NCBI GenBank assembly: GCA_963758525.1
Contig: CAVWVQ010000003.1
Coordinates: 672,001 to 736,000 of the forward strand
DNA: 64,000 nt
Origin: an uncultured Phycisphaerales bacterium
GTDB taxonomy: Bacteria > Planctomycetota > Phycisphaerae > Tepidisphaerales > Tepidisphaeraceae
Direction: 5' to 3'
Shown here: piece after piece, positions 10,538 to 20,472 of the stretch
Numbering within the stretch: position 1 is the first letter of the stretch
How the letters are laid out: each line of letters begins with the position of its first letter
The notes under the pieces: generated by a model
The model's database searches: none
Seen by the model: only the letters and a program-made list of their open reading frames with translations
Told to the model about the DNA's origin: nothing
Program-made: the position numbers and the translations under genes

Positions 10538-12966
10538 TCAATTGCCTGGCTTCTTTGTGTCAGCGGCCTTCTTCCTTGCTGCCGGTGGCGGAAAATCCTC
10601 GTGCCCGGACGAAAGAATCTCCGTCAGCTCTTTAAGAGTGTATGGCTTATCGCGCCTGGCCGTTTCCTCGCGCACTTTTGCGATGTCCGACGGCTTGAGA
10701 GGGGGCGCCTTGTTGCCGAACGCGTTGCGCGCGTAGGTGAGAATGGCGCTGAGCCAGTCGTCGTCGAGGAAGGGGAAGCCGGCCATCGTGTTGGGATAGG
10801 TTTTGCCGCCGTCGTTGGGACCTTCCAGGCCGTGAAGAACGATTCGGCAGACCAGTTCCCGGTCCCCTTGCAGCCGCTTCGAGCCTGCCAGCGGCGGTGC
10901 CAGCGTCAGGCCGGCCGCGGCGCCGGGCACCGGCGCGCCCCTTCCATCCACGCCATGACACGTGATGCAGGTCTGCATGAAATAGTCCTGGCCCTTGGAG
11001 TAAATCGCGGCAAGTTTTGGATCCTTTTTCGCGAGAGCCGCCAGTTTGCGCGCTCGGCCGCAGTCCCGGAGATACGGTCTTCGTACTCCTTCACGATGCG
11101 CGGGACGACATCATTTGCCGGACGGCTCGCAGCCAGTGCATCGACGCTCTTGAGGTCTTGCGGCTCCTTCATGGACAGCAGTGAGAGGCAGTATTGCGTC
11201 ACCACCTCCGGGTCGGGGTCTGTCGAAGCGGCCTTGAGCGAGCTTACGATTTGCGGATCGCGCTTCCGGATCAATGGTTCGCTGATGCGCACCGCCGCCG
11301 CGCGGACGTGGGCATCGGAATCCTTCATCGCGTGAATTAACAGCGATGGGTTGGTTGCGTTCAAACCATCGAGCGTCCAAAGTGCGTGAAGTCGGCCCAA
11401 TGGGCTCGCGCCGGTCCGCGCGAGCGTCTCCAGCGCCCCGACGACCGATTTGTCGCCGCGAATAACGATCAGCTTCTGTGCGGTGTCGCGCCACCAGCCG
11501 TTCGGATCGGAGAGATGGGCGACGAGTTGCGCCGGCGTTTCGTCGAGCATCCGCGGGGCCGCCCGGCGCTCGAAGCCATCGTGAACCAGTCGGTAAATCC
11601 GGCCCCCGTTCACGTTCTTGTCCAGCCCATAGCTCACGATCTGCGGACGGAGAAACGAACCCTCTTTCGTCCAGTTCGATTCCTGGATGATGCCGTGGTA
11701 AAGGTCGCAAATATAGAGGCAGCCATCCGGACCTGTTGCCGTGTAGACGGGGCGGAAGTTTGGGTCGGTCGACGCGATGAATTCGTTTTCGCCGTAGACG
11801 TTGTTCAGGACGCGCATTCCGTGGTCGTCGGTGAAACGGGCCCGGCGGATGAGACGGCCGACGGGTTCGGGGAGGATGTAATCCCCTTCCATATCCTTCG
11901 GAAGCGCGTCTCCGCGATAGATGCAGCCGCCGGCGCATCCGGTGAAGTGATTCAGGCCTCCGTTGGGCCATACGCGATTGAGGCCGCCCTGGACGTCATA
12001 CAGTTTTAAGAGTGGATGCACCTCCACAAAGCCGGGAGCCATCTCACCCTTGAGCGTCAGCGGGCCGTAAATGTAAGGAATTTGAAAATCAAATGCCGGG
12101 TTCTCGCCGCCGGCGGTGTTGAAAACCATTCGGCCGGTGTCGTCCATCGCGATGCCCCACTGGCCGGAAGCGCCGGGAATCTTCTCGGCTTCCAGTTTCC
12201 CATCCGCATAGTGAAATCGTTTTCCGTCGTGCGTGATATAGATCGAATTATCGAGATTCCACAGAAGTCCCGACGGCTGATGCTCCAGGTTGCCGGTTTG
12301 CGGACCACCCTGAAACGCCAGCGTCTTTTCATCTGCGACGCCGGTGTTCTTCGTGTCGCGGTAGCTGTAGATATCCTGCGTGTCGGTCTCGCGAATCAGG
12401 ATGCGATCGTCCAGCGGAAGGACCATTCGCGGCAGCACCAGATTGTCCGCGAAGACGGTGTGCTTCGCGTAAGACCCGTCACCCTTTACGTCTTCGAACC
12501 GGGAGACTCTGCTGATCGGCTCCTTCTCCCGTGTGCCGTTCACGTCGAGCATGTACGATCGCATCTCCGCGACATACATCCTGCCGTTGCCGTCCCAGAC
12601 ACAAACCACCGGAGAAATAATCGTCGGCTCCGACGCCACCAGCTCCAGGTGATAGCCCGGCGGAAGGTGGATCGAGGCAATGGTCTGCTCCGGCGTTCGC
12701 ATGTGCATGTCGATCCCAGGCGGCGGCGCCACGAAGTCCTTCGCGGAACCTGCCGCCGGCGCGGCGCCCGGCTTTGCCGGCTGCTGCGGCGCGGCGGCGG
12801 CGGATCCAACGATGCAGGCGCAAAGGCCCGCGAGACATACGGCCAGCACAAAACCCGCCGCGCACCTCGCGCAGAGGCGCGGCGACGCACAGAAAAGCCA
12901 CATGCCATCACCTGCTGCTCCGCGGCTCCGCGGCTCTGCGTGATCACGATCCAGACTGTTCCACAT
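10538..12966 (-). CDS. PVC-type membrane-bound dehydrogenase-domain protein (beta-propeller, HEAT repeats, c-type heme CxxCH); one frameshift at ~11045
   Basis: LPPGYHLELVASEP, WDGNGRMYVAEM, FRPV...GPDGCLYICD, GRIYRL, RLHALWTL; C-terminal piece has CITCH and APPLAGS. Frames join by restoring one A in an AAA run. Confidence 0.85.
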
Positions 12967-13014
12967 CGAATAATCCTCTTTCGTCGATCGAGCATCTCAA
13001 TGCTGAGCGCTCGA

Positions 13015-14425
13015 CTATCTGAGTCGAACATCCTGCGTCGAGGCTGGCAACCCCGCGGATCGATCGGGAAAATGATCGAACTCCAATTTCACCACCATCA
13101 CTGTATCAGCCAGCTCATTGGCAGGGAGGTTGCGAAGCCGGAGACATTTTTTCTGCCCGATGTATTCGCTGGGAAGCAACTCCACCGCAAACTCGACCGG
13201 GCGTCCATCATTCAGCAGCGTCGCCCGCCTCGGCGCAACATCAATGGGCCCGAGCTTCACAGCTTCGGTCAATGGCTCGCGATGCAGATGAACGTAGAGA
13301 TTGTTTCCCTTGCGCGTCAGCAATACATTGCGGTTGGAAATCAACTCAGAACAGGGCTCCGCGTTCTCCATCGCTTCCTTCACGGCATTATACCATTTGC
13401 CGATGCGCCCGAGGATCGCTGTTTCGTTGGGGCCGATCGTTCCATCAGACATGGGACCGACGTTCAGCAGATAATTGGCATCGCGCGCCAGATACTTGTC
13501 AATGCTGCGCATGAGGTGAACGTCGGTGTAGTAATCCTCGTCCTTTCGGAAGCCCCAGCTTTCGCTGCCGACCGACTGATTGGCTTCGGTCAGCTTGTCA
13601 AACCGCAAGACCTCTTCGCCCGTCGAATCGTAATCGCGTTCTGGCGTACCGAAGTCGCCGGCATCGTAGCCGCGGTTGTTGATCACCGCGGCCGGCTGCA
13701 GTTTGCGGATCATGTCGTTGATCGACGGGTCGTGGTGCTTGTCCACGTTCATGTCCCACCAGAATTCGTGGATCTGGCCGTAGTTCGTGCAGAGTTCGCG
13801 AACCTGCCCCTTGACGAAATTCCAGATACTTCGCCAGATCCGGCTCGTCGCCCGCCTGCGGCGGCAGTTCGTGGTGCCGGCCCTGATTCGGGTAGTTCTT
13901 TTGATGCCAATCAACGCACGAATAATACAGGCCGAGCGGAATCCCTCGCCGATGACACGCATCGGCCAGCATCTTCAGCACGTCCTTGCCGTATGGGGTG
14001 TTGACGGTGTTGTAGTTCGTGAGCTTGCTGTCCCAGAGGCAGAACCCGTCGTGATGCTTGGTCGTCAGGCAGATGTACTTCATGCCGACGCTCTGCAGCA
14101 GATCGAGCCATTTGTCCGGATCGAAATTCACCGGATTCCACTGCTGCTGGAACTTCTGGTACTCGGCGCGTGGTACGCGGGCGCGCCACTGATATTGCTC
14201 GTGCCAGGCGGGGATGGAATACAATCCCCAGTGAACGAACAGGCCGAACCGCTTCTCGAAAAACCAATCTCGTGCGTCGTGGAACCGAGGCGGCGCGGAG
14301 GGCATCACCGGCTGCGTCGCAACGGCGCCGGCCGCCGACGCCGATTGAAGGAGTGCCGGGGTACCAGAGCATCCCGAGGCGATCGCGGCGCCCGCGGCGG
14401 TGCGAAGGAAATCGCGTCTGTTCAT
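13015..14425 (-). CDS. Alpha-L-fucosidase (GH29), Tat-exported; one frameshift at ~13819
   Basis: MNRRDFLR twin-arginine signal; WFFEKRFGLFVHWGLYS, LTTKHHDGF, then QVRELCTNYG...WWD, INNR, NYLLNVGP in the next frame. Confidence 0.88.
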
Positions 14426-14590
14426 TATCATCATCCCATGCAAGATACGTGATTGCAGGAATAACTAGCGGGTTTCTGGAAATTTGTTGCGGTGGTTACC
14501 GGAATAGCTGCGATCCCCTCCTCGATGCGAAATCTCAGACTCGCCACGAGGGTGTAACTTTTATTTGTGGCGATTGCAGATTTTGCGATT

Positions 14591-14658
14591 GTAGGGCGGG
14601 ATTCATCCCGCCGTTTTCTCAGCCGGCCAACAAATCGGCGGGATGAATCCCGCCCTAC
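14591..14658. repeat. GTAG-type REP doublet (REPIN-like inverted repeat)
   Basis: GTAGGGCGGGATTCATCCCGCCG (14591-14613) and its perfect reverse complement (14636-14658); each arm is itself an imperfect palindrome. Confidence 0.85.
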
Positions 14659-14734
14659 TCGGAGCCGATCGCCACTTTCGAGCGCCACACCCCGCCACGA
14701 TTGGCGCATGGGGAGCATTACCCCACGTTAGACA

Positions 14735-15226
14735 TTGAACGAGCGGCCGGTGTATGCGACAGGCTGCGTGGGCGCGCTCCTGGCGATCGCCATTTTTTCA
14801 ATGTGGCGGCTCCTCCCTCGCCATCCCCGTAATCTCGTCGGCCCGGGCCGGGCGTTTTTCACCACCGATGATGGCAAGACCTGGTTCACCGGGCAGGCGA
14901 CCGATATTCCCCCGCTCGCTTGCGGCGGCAAGACTGCCTATTGGGTTGAGGTCTACCGGTGCTCGCGCCGCTCGTCATTTGCCGTGAACCTCGAAACATT
15001 CGATCCCGCGGACAAGGCGAAAGTGGACCAAGCGATCGCCAGCGGTCGCGACTGGAACGATGTGGCGCACCTGATGTCCGGGCTCCATATGCTGGTCAAG
15101 AAGCCGGGAGATGAGAATTGGATCGCGGAAATCCCCGAGAATGAGAGCCGTTTTCGACAGATCATCCGACCGGTGTGTCCCGATGGATCGGCAGACGGAC
15201 TTGAAAAGGTCGATCCGAATGAATGA
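14735..15226 (+). CDS. Uncharacterised membrane-anchored 'pilin-partner' protein, copy 1 (in-frame TAG at 14729 after an upstream ATG at 14708)
   Basis: N-terminal TM helix, AFFTTDDGKTWF, YRC, LVKKPG..W, CPDGSADGLEKVDPNE; aligns by eye with three downstream copies. Confidence 0.75.
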   Translation: MNERPVYATGCVGALLAIAIFSMWRLLPRHPRNLVGPGRAFFTTDDGKTWFTGQATDIPPLACGGKTAYWVEVYRCSRRSSFAVNLETFDPADKAKVDQAIASGRDWNDVAHLMSGLHMLVKKPGDENWIAEIPENESRFRQIIRPVCPDGSADGLEKVDPNE

Positions 15227-15662
15227 CGCTGCGGCGCCTTGCCGATGCGGCCGTGTACTTGTGCAGTAAGAAATTTGTTGCAGCGGTTCTGGAATAGCGA
15301 CCAGTCCTTGATGACGGAGCGCACATTCCAACGCCCTTTACGCTTCGATCGTCGGGAGTTTGCCAATCGAATAATTACAGTAATCGAGGCGTCGATAAAG
15401 TGCCGAGTTCGGACGGAACGGGCTCCGCGACGTATCAGGCAGGAGATTCCGGCGCAGGTAACACCAGTTTTCAGAATGGTTTACCACGACGAATTGAGTG
15501 AACCCGGGCACGCAAGGTGACTTCGCGCAGATTGTCAGGCAATTATCGTTGTGCAAATGGTCATCCGGTCGCTAGGATACCAGATAGCGAGGATGCCAAA
15601 ATTGTTTTCATTTCCCTGCCGGCGAGGATTCGATGATCGCAGGACAAGATTCAACGTCGAGA

Positions 15663-16565
15663 ATGAACCATGGCACGATGAGCAGACGTCTGCGGGAGCT
15701 TAGCCGCTCCCGCCGGCCCTTACACGGTTTTACCCTCGTCGAGCTTCTCGTGGTCATCGGAATTATCGCACTCTTGATATCGGTGTTATTGCCCGCGCTG
15801 AGCAAGGCAAGAATCGCGGCGCAGCAAATCAACTGCCTCTCGAACATTCGTCAGTTGTCGAACGCGGTGCAGATGTACGCCAATGACAACCGTTGGCGGC
15901 TTCCGCGATATACAACCAACGTCGCCACCACCGAAACGCCGAAATGGAAGATGAATTGGGTTGGGCTCATCTTTCCGTACACGAATTACAATGCCCAGAT
16001 TTTCGAGTGCCCGATGCGCACTTTTATCAGCACCACGATCGGCACGCAGACAATCGGCAATATGACATACAAGGCGCGGCTTTGCTATGCGGTGAACGGC
16101 ATGATCGGTGGTGGTCAGACAAACCAGAATCAGAGCTGCCCGTTTGGTCCGGTCTACGATCACGCGAGCACGATATCGCCCGGTTACTTCGACGACAGCA
16201 ACGAACATACGTTGAAACTCTCCGATGTTGCGTACGATACCATCATGCTGACAGAGTCAATGCGCGCGGGAGGCGAGCAAAGCATTTCTGAATTCAACAC
16301 CGTACCGAATGGCTACGCCGGCATCCGCAGCGTGTCGTCGAGCAATCACAACGGAAGATCCGCATCCTTCGCTTATGCCGACGGACATTGCGAGACTGTC
16401 AGCATTCAGTATATGATGTACGACTCACATTACAGGGTTGATACAGCCAACACGCCGTCTGTTGGCGTTGTCGGCAATAATAACTCCGGAGCCGGAGATG
16501 TGCTTATCAACTACAATAACACAAATCAGCCCCAGGGATACTGGACTGCCAGAGGGAACGACTAG
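15663..16565 (+). CDS. Prepilin-type N-terminal cleavage/methylation protein with H-X9-DG motif (DUF1559-like), copy 1
   Basis: Basic leader then [54 protein letters not shown]. Start could be 15633, 15663 or 15678. Confidence 0.9.
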   Translation: MNHGTMSRRLRELSRSRRPLHGFTLVELLVVIGIIALLISVLLPALSKARIAAQQINCLSNIRQLSNAVQMYANDNRWRLPRYTTNVATTETPKWKMNWVGLIFPYTNYNAQIFECPMRTFISTTIGTQTIGNMTYKARLCYAVNGMIGGGQTNQNQSCPFGPVYDHASTISPGYFDDSNEHTLKLSDVAYDTIMLTESMRAGGEQSISEFNTVPNGYAGIRSVSSSNHNGRSASFAYADGHCETVSIQYMMYDSHYRVDTANTPSVGVVGNNNSGAGDVLINYNNTNQPQGYWTARGND

Positions 16566-16599
16566 ACGGTCAGCTGTGCAGATTCAGAAGGATCCCACA

Positions 16600-17109
16600 A
16601 TGGGCGTTCGCGAGAGGCTAAACGAAAAGCCCGCGCTGGCAGCCGCTGGTATTGTCATCCTGCTGACAGTCGCAGCTTATTTTTGCTGGCGAGCGATCGA
16701 TCATCCTCCCAGGGCAATCGCTGGGCTGGGTAAGGCTTTTTTTTCAACGGATGATGGCAAAACGTGGTTCACGGCCCCAGCCTCGAACATCGCGCCCTTC
16801 GACGACAATGGCACGACAGCTTATCGCGTTGAGGTCTATCGTTGTTCGCACGGTTCGGCTTTTGTCGTCAATCTGGAAGCTTTCAGCGCGGAGGACAAGG
16901 CAAAAATTGAGCGCACCATCGCCGACGGACAGGACAGCAGTGCAGTGCGCGGGATGGAAGCGGACGCTCCTCCTCTCGTGAAGAAGCCCGGAGACCGTGA
17001 GTGGGTAAAAATGACCGAGAAGAACGAAGCGCGATATCGCGCAATCGCAAGGCCGGTCTGTCCGGACGGATCGGCCGACGGACTGGAGAAGGTGGATCCA
17101 AATGAGTGA
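16600..17109 (+). CDS. Uncharacterised membrane-anchored 'pilin-partner' protein, copy 2
   Basis: AAGGA then ATG 16600 (MGVRERLN); TM helix; AFFSTDDGKTWF, YRC, VKKPG, CPDGSADGLEKVDPNE. Confidence 0.85.
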   Translation: MGVRERLNEKPALAAAGIVILLTVAAYFCWRAIDHPPRAIAGLGKAFFSTDDGKTWFTAPASNIAPFDDNGTTAYRVEVYRCSHGSAFVVNLEAFSAEDKAKIERTIADGQDSSAVRGMEADAPPLVKKPGDREWVKMTEKNEARYRAIARPVCPDGSADGLEKVDPNE

Positions 17110-17198
17110 TCCCGACGGAATCCGAATATGTGGAATGGCTTTTTTTTTTGGCGTCACGAGAGTGACGCGTCTCGGTCTGTTACGAGGAATGAAATCCG

Positions 17199-18125
17199 AT
17201 GAGCCTCCCGAAACGCACATCCAATTGCTGGCCTGCTGCCCGGAAACGAAATCGCATTTCGAGGCTCAAAGCATTTACGCTCGTTGAACTGCTGGTTGTG
17301 ATCGGCATCATCGCCACGCTGATCGCACTGCTATTGCCCGCGCTGAGCGCCGCCCGCTTCGCCGCAGGCCAACTCAAGTGCCTGTCGAATGTCCGGCAAC
17401 TGTCACAGGTGATCAATATGTACGCTGCGGACAATCGAGGGTATTTGCCCCGATTCAGCATCACATGGTACAATACGAGTTACACGACGATTTCCGCTCC
17501 AAAATGGAAATACAATTGGACCGGCCTCATCTTTCCCTACACGAACAAAAGTACGAGCCTCTTCGAATGCCCCTTGAGGCAATTCACCAGCAATAACGTG
17601 GGACAGATGTCCTCCTCCATCGTGGGGAATGCGGTCTATCTGGCCAGGCTTTCTTATCAGGTCAACGGAATCACCGGTGGAGGCAATGCGAATAAATGCC
17701 GGGCGTACGATCACCCATTCGGCGAAGTTTACGATGTCTATGTACCTGCCAATGGGGGCTTTAATGATTCAGAAAACACAATGCAGATCAGCAACGTTTC
17801 TCCACGCTGCATTATGCTTCTTGATGGATGGCTCGACGAGACAAGCATCAAGATTTTTGGCAATGATAAGGTTGACTCAAACACAAACGGTTATGGATAT
17901 GGGGAAGTCACTGGAATCCCTGTCAGCAGCCATAACGGCAAGTCGGTCTCAATTGCATTCTTTGACGGCCACTGCGAAACGGTGCAAACCAGCTATTTAC
18001 TCTCCGACGTGAACTACGGACACAGCGCGGTACAAGCCAATGGAGACTTAAATATACCTTATAATAACACCGGTTTTGGGGGCAAGGGATTTGGGGGCTA
18101 TTGGGGCGCCGAGTTTGCGCCTTAG
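17199..18125 (+). CDS. Prepilin-type / H-X9-DG protein (DUF1559-like), copy 2
   Basis: [56 protein letters not shown] upstream of the ATG. Confidence 0.9.
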   Translation: MSLPKRTSNCWPAARKRNRISRLKAFTLVELLVVIGIIATLIALLLPALSAARFAAGQLKCLSNVRQLSQVINMYAADNRGYLPRFSITWYNTSYTTISAPKWKYNWTGLIFPYTNKSTSLFECPLRQFTSNNVGQMSSSIVGNAVYLARLSYQVNGITGGGNANKCRAYDHPFGEVYDVYVPANGGFNDSENTMQISNVSPRCIMLLDGWLDETSIKIFGNDKVDSNTNGYGYGEVTGIPVSSHNGKSVSIAFFDGHCETVQTSYLLSDVNYGHSAVQANGDLNIPYNNTGFGGKGFGGYWGAEFAP

Positions 18126-18164
18126 CAGTCCTTGCGAAGCTAAGGTTTTGCCGGCCGGTCCGCT

Positions 18165-18704
18165 TTGGCAACATTGCACCTACCTGGAGCATCGACGGCT
18201 TTGCGCGACGTTCTAAACAAATACCCGGGTTATGCGATTGCAGGCGTGGTTGTCATCATGCTGGCAGGATTTTACACTGCATGGAAGTTCATGGATCAGG
18301 GGCCTCGGAAAATCCAAGGCCTGGGACAAGCGTTCTACTCTGTGGACGACGGCAGCACCTGGTTTCGAGCGCCAGCATCCAATATTCCTCCATTCGATCA
18401 CGACGGCAAGCTTGCTTACGAAGCGGAAGTCTTCGAGTGCAGGCACAGCTCAGCTTTTGTGGCAACTCTGCAAAGCTACCCTTCCAACGTCAAATCTCGT
18501 CTGGACAAAGCCATCGCCGACAACCGCCCCACCGCCGAGATTCTCGACATCGAAGCCAGGAATCCGCCGATGGTGAAAAAGCCGGGCTCCTCGGCTTGGA
18601 TTAGCCTTACCCCGCAGACCGGACCGCAATACATGCAGGCGGTCTCTCCAATTTGTCCCGACGGCTCGGCCGACGGTTTGGCGCGAGTGAATCCCAACGA
18701 TTGA
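18165..18704 (+). CDS. Uncharacterised membrane-anchored 'pilin-partner' protein, copy 3 (ACG at 18195 where paralogues have ATG)
   Basis: TM helix; AFYSVDDGSTWF, FEC, VKKPG, CPDGSADGLARVNPND. Start uncertain: TTG 18165, ACG 18195 or TTG 18201. Confidence 0.8.
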   Translation: MATLHLPGASTALRDVLNKYPGYAIAGVVVIMLAGFYTAWKFMDQGPRKIQGLGQAFYSVDDGSTWFRAPASNIPPFDHDGKLAYEAEVFECRHSSAFVATLQSYPSNVKSRLDKAIADNRPTAEILDIEARNPPMVKKPGSSAWISLTPQTGPQYMQAVSPICPDGSADGLARVNPND

Positions 18705-18834
18705 CCAGATTTGTCCGCATCATGAGGAAATGCTGGAATTTCGAAAGATTGTCAGAAAATAATGCTTGTTTTGAAAGACGCTACGATGCTAAAATGCTGA
18801 ACGGCGAAGAGAGACGAACTTTGTCCACTTCCTG

Positions 18835-19791
18835 TTGGGAATCAACCAATTGAATACGGACACGAGACACTTGACCGAGCGAACATTAAAACGACGTGTT
18901 CCGCATCGCAATGCCGGTTTTACGCTTGTAGAGCTTCTGGTGGTGATCGGCATCATCGCAATTCTCATATCGATTTTGCTTCCGGCACTCAGTAAGGCGC
19001 GGATCGCCGCCGGCCAAATCAGCTGCCTATCAAACGTTCGTGAGCTGAGTTCGGCAATTCAAATGTATGCCAACGACAATAAGTTCTATCTGCCGAGGTG
19101 GACTGCCGCTTTTCCTAACCACGCCGTTACATCGACATGGAGATGGGGGTGGTGTCCTCTTGTGCTTCCGTACACCAACTTCAATGTGAAGGTATTCGAG
19201 TGCCCTGTCCGCCAGTATTACGAGACGACTAGCCCGGGCACGATCACGTTAGGGGTGGCCAAATACCAGGCGCGACTCGGTTATCAAGTCAATGGGATGC
19301 AGGGTGCCGGCAACGCCTCAAAGTTGAGGACCTATGACCACCCATTTGGAGCGGTATACGACTATCCGCTTGCGTCGAATTCATTCCAGGATTCAATGAA
19401 CACCATGAAGATCACGCAGGTGGGCCCGTACACGATCATGATGACCGATTTCGTACGGGGCGGCGGTGAGCAGAGCTGCAATGATAACGGCAGCTTCACC
19501 ACGAGCGCCAAGGGCGCCACGGACTATTCGGATATCAGAAACGTCTCTGCGAGCAGCCATTACGGAAGGTCGGCGTCGATCGCGTTCTTTGATGGACACG
19601 CGGAAACCGTCTCCACAAGTTATCTGCTGTATGATGCGACTTACCGCATCAACAGTGGCGCAAGTCCTACGGTTGGACCAGTCGCCAACGACGCCAGCGA
19701 AGCTGGCGATCTGCTCATCAATTTCTACAACAGCAGTTCTCCACCTCCCAGCCGTTGGAGCGCACAGTGGTACCCCGGCGCGCCGTTTTAG
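18835..19791 (+). CDS. Prepilin-type / H-X9-DG protein (DUF1559-like), copy 3
   Basis: [55 protein letters not shown]. Only TTG starts are available (18835, 18850, 18871). Confidence 0.9.
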   Translation: MGINQLNTDTRHLTERTLKRRVPHRNAGFTLVELLVVIGIIAILISILLPALSKARIAAGQISCLSNVRELSSAIQMYANDNKFYLPRWTAAFPNHAVTSTWRWGWCPLVLPYTNFNVKVFECPVRQYYETTSPGTITLGVAKYQARLGYQVNGMQGAGNASKLRTYDHPFGAVYDYPLASNSFQDSMNTMKITQVGPYTIMMTDFVRGGGEQSCNDNGSFTTSAKGATDYSDIRNVSASSHYGRSASIAFFDGHAETVSTSYLLYDATYRINSGASPTVGPVANDASEAGDLLINFYNSSSPPPSRWSAQWYPGAPF

Positions 19792-19826
19792 AAAAGCTCA
19801 ACAAATAGCAATCCTCGCAGAGCCGT

Positions 19827-20333
19827 ATGGGAATCCGCGAAATCTTGAACCAGAAGTCAGAGTACGCGATTGCCGGGATCGTTGTCGTTATAATCATCGC
19901 TGCAATAATCTGCTGGCGATCTCTCCCGGGTGATCCCAGAGGAATCACTAAATTGGGGAAGGCATTCTATTCAACCGACGACGGGAAGACCTGGTTCGTC
20001 GACGATGCCTCGCACATCCCTCCATTCGACTACGACGGTGCAACCGCCTATCAAGCCCAAATCTTCAAGTGCGCCCACGGCGGACAATTCATCGCTTATT
20101 TGCAGAGCTACAGCGCGGCTGACAAAGAAAAAATCGAAAAGGCCATTGCGGACGGTCAGTCCGGAACCGACGTCCGCGGCTTGGAACTCATTCTTGGCTG
20201 CGCGGTGAAGAAGCCTGGCGAAAGCAACTGGGTAAAGAACACCCCTGCAAGTAGCGCACTCTATGCGGAAATCACCAAACTAACTTGTCCGGACGGCACG
20301 GGCGACGGGCTTGAAAAGGTCGATCCGAACTAG
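19827..20333 (+). CDS. Uncharacterised membrane-anchored 'pilin-partner' protein, copy 4
   Basis: MGIREILN, TM helix, AFYSTDDGKTWF, FKC, VKKPG, CPDGTGDGLEKVDPN. Confidence 0.85.
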   Translation: MGIREILNQKSEYAIAGIVVVIIIAAIICWRSLPGDPRGITKLGKAFYSTDDGKTWFVDDASHIPPFDYDGATAYQAQIFKCAHGGQFIAYLQSYSAADKEKIEKAIADGQSGTDVRGLELILGCAVKKPGESNWVKNTPASSALYAEITKLTCPDGTGDGLEKVDPN

Positions 20334-20472
20334 GGCGTGCGCTGCTGGTTGCGGAGTAGCCGGCGTGATTGATCAGGTTTGTAATTTCGAAACGCGTTTG
20401 TTCTTGGGCGACTGCCGCGCGGCCAACGCGTTCCCGATCCGCTATGTCGAGTGCCACCGAATCGAAACAACA

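Noticed and set aside
12016..14004. Long antisense ORFs (662 aa here; also 28778-30358, 39864-41429, 51752-53635, 58056-59567)
   Set aside because: They shadow motif-supported genes on the other strand, a usual effect of high GC, and show no recognisable motifs.
14729..14731. TAG recoding (pyrrolysine or alternative genetic code)
   Set aside because: TAG terminates many genes normally here (e.g. the three pilins and asnS) and no pyl genes are visible.
15227..15662. Riboswitch or ncRNA upstream of pilin 1 (imperfect hairpin ~15562-15595)
   Set aside because: I could not match a known consensus such as c-di-GMP-I by eye; an Rfam/Infernal scan is needed.
14708..20333. Diversity-generating retroelement, shufflon or integron behind the pilin array
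   Set aside because: No reverse transcriptase, recombinase or integrase, no adenine-specific template/variable repeat pair, and no conserved attC-like or inversion sites noticed between cassettes.
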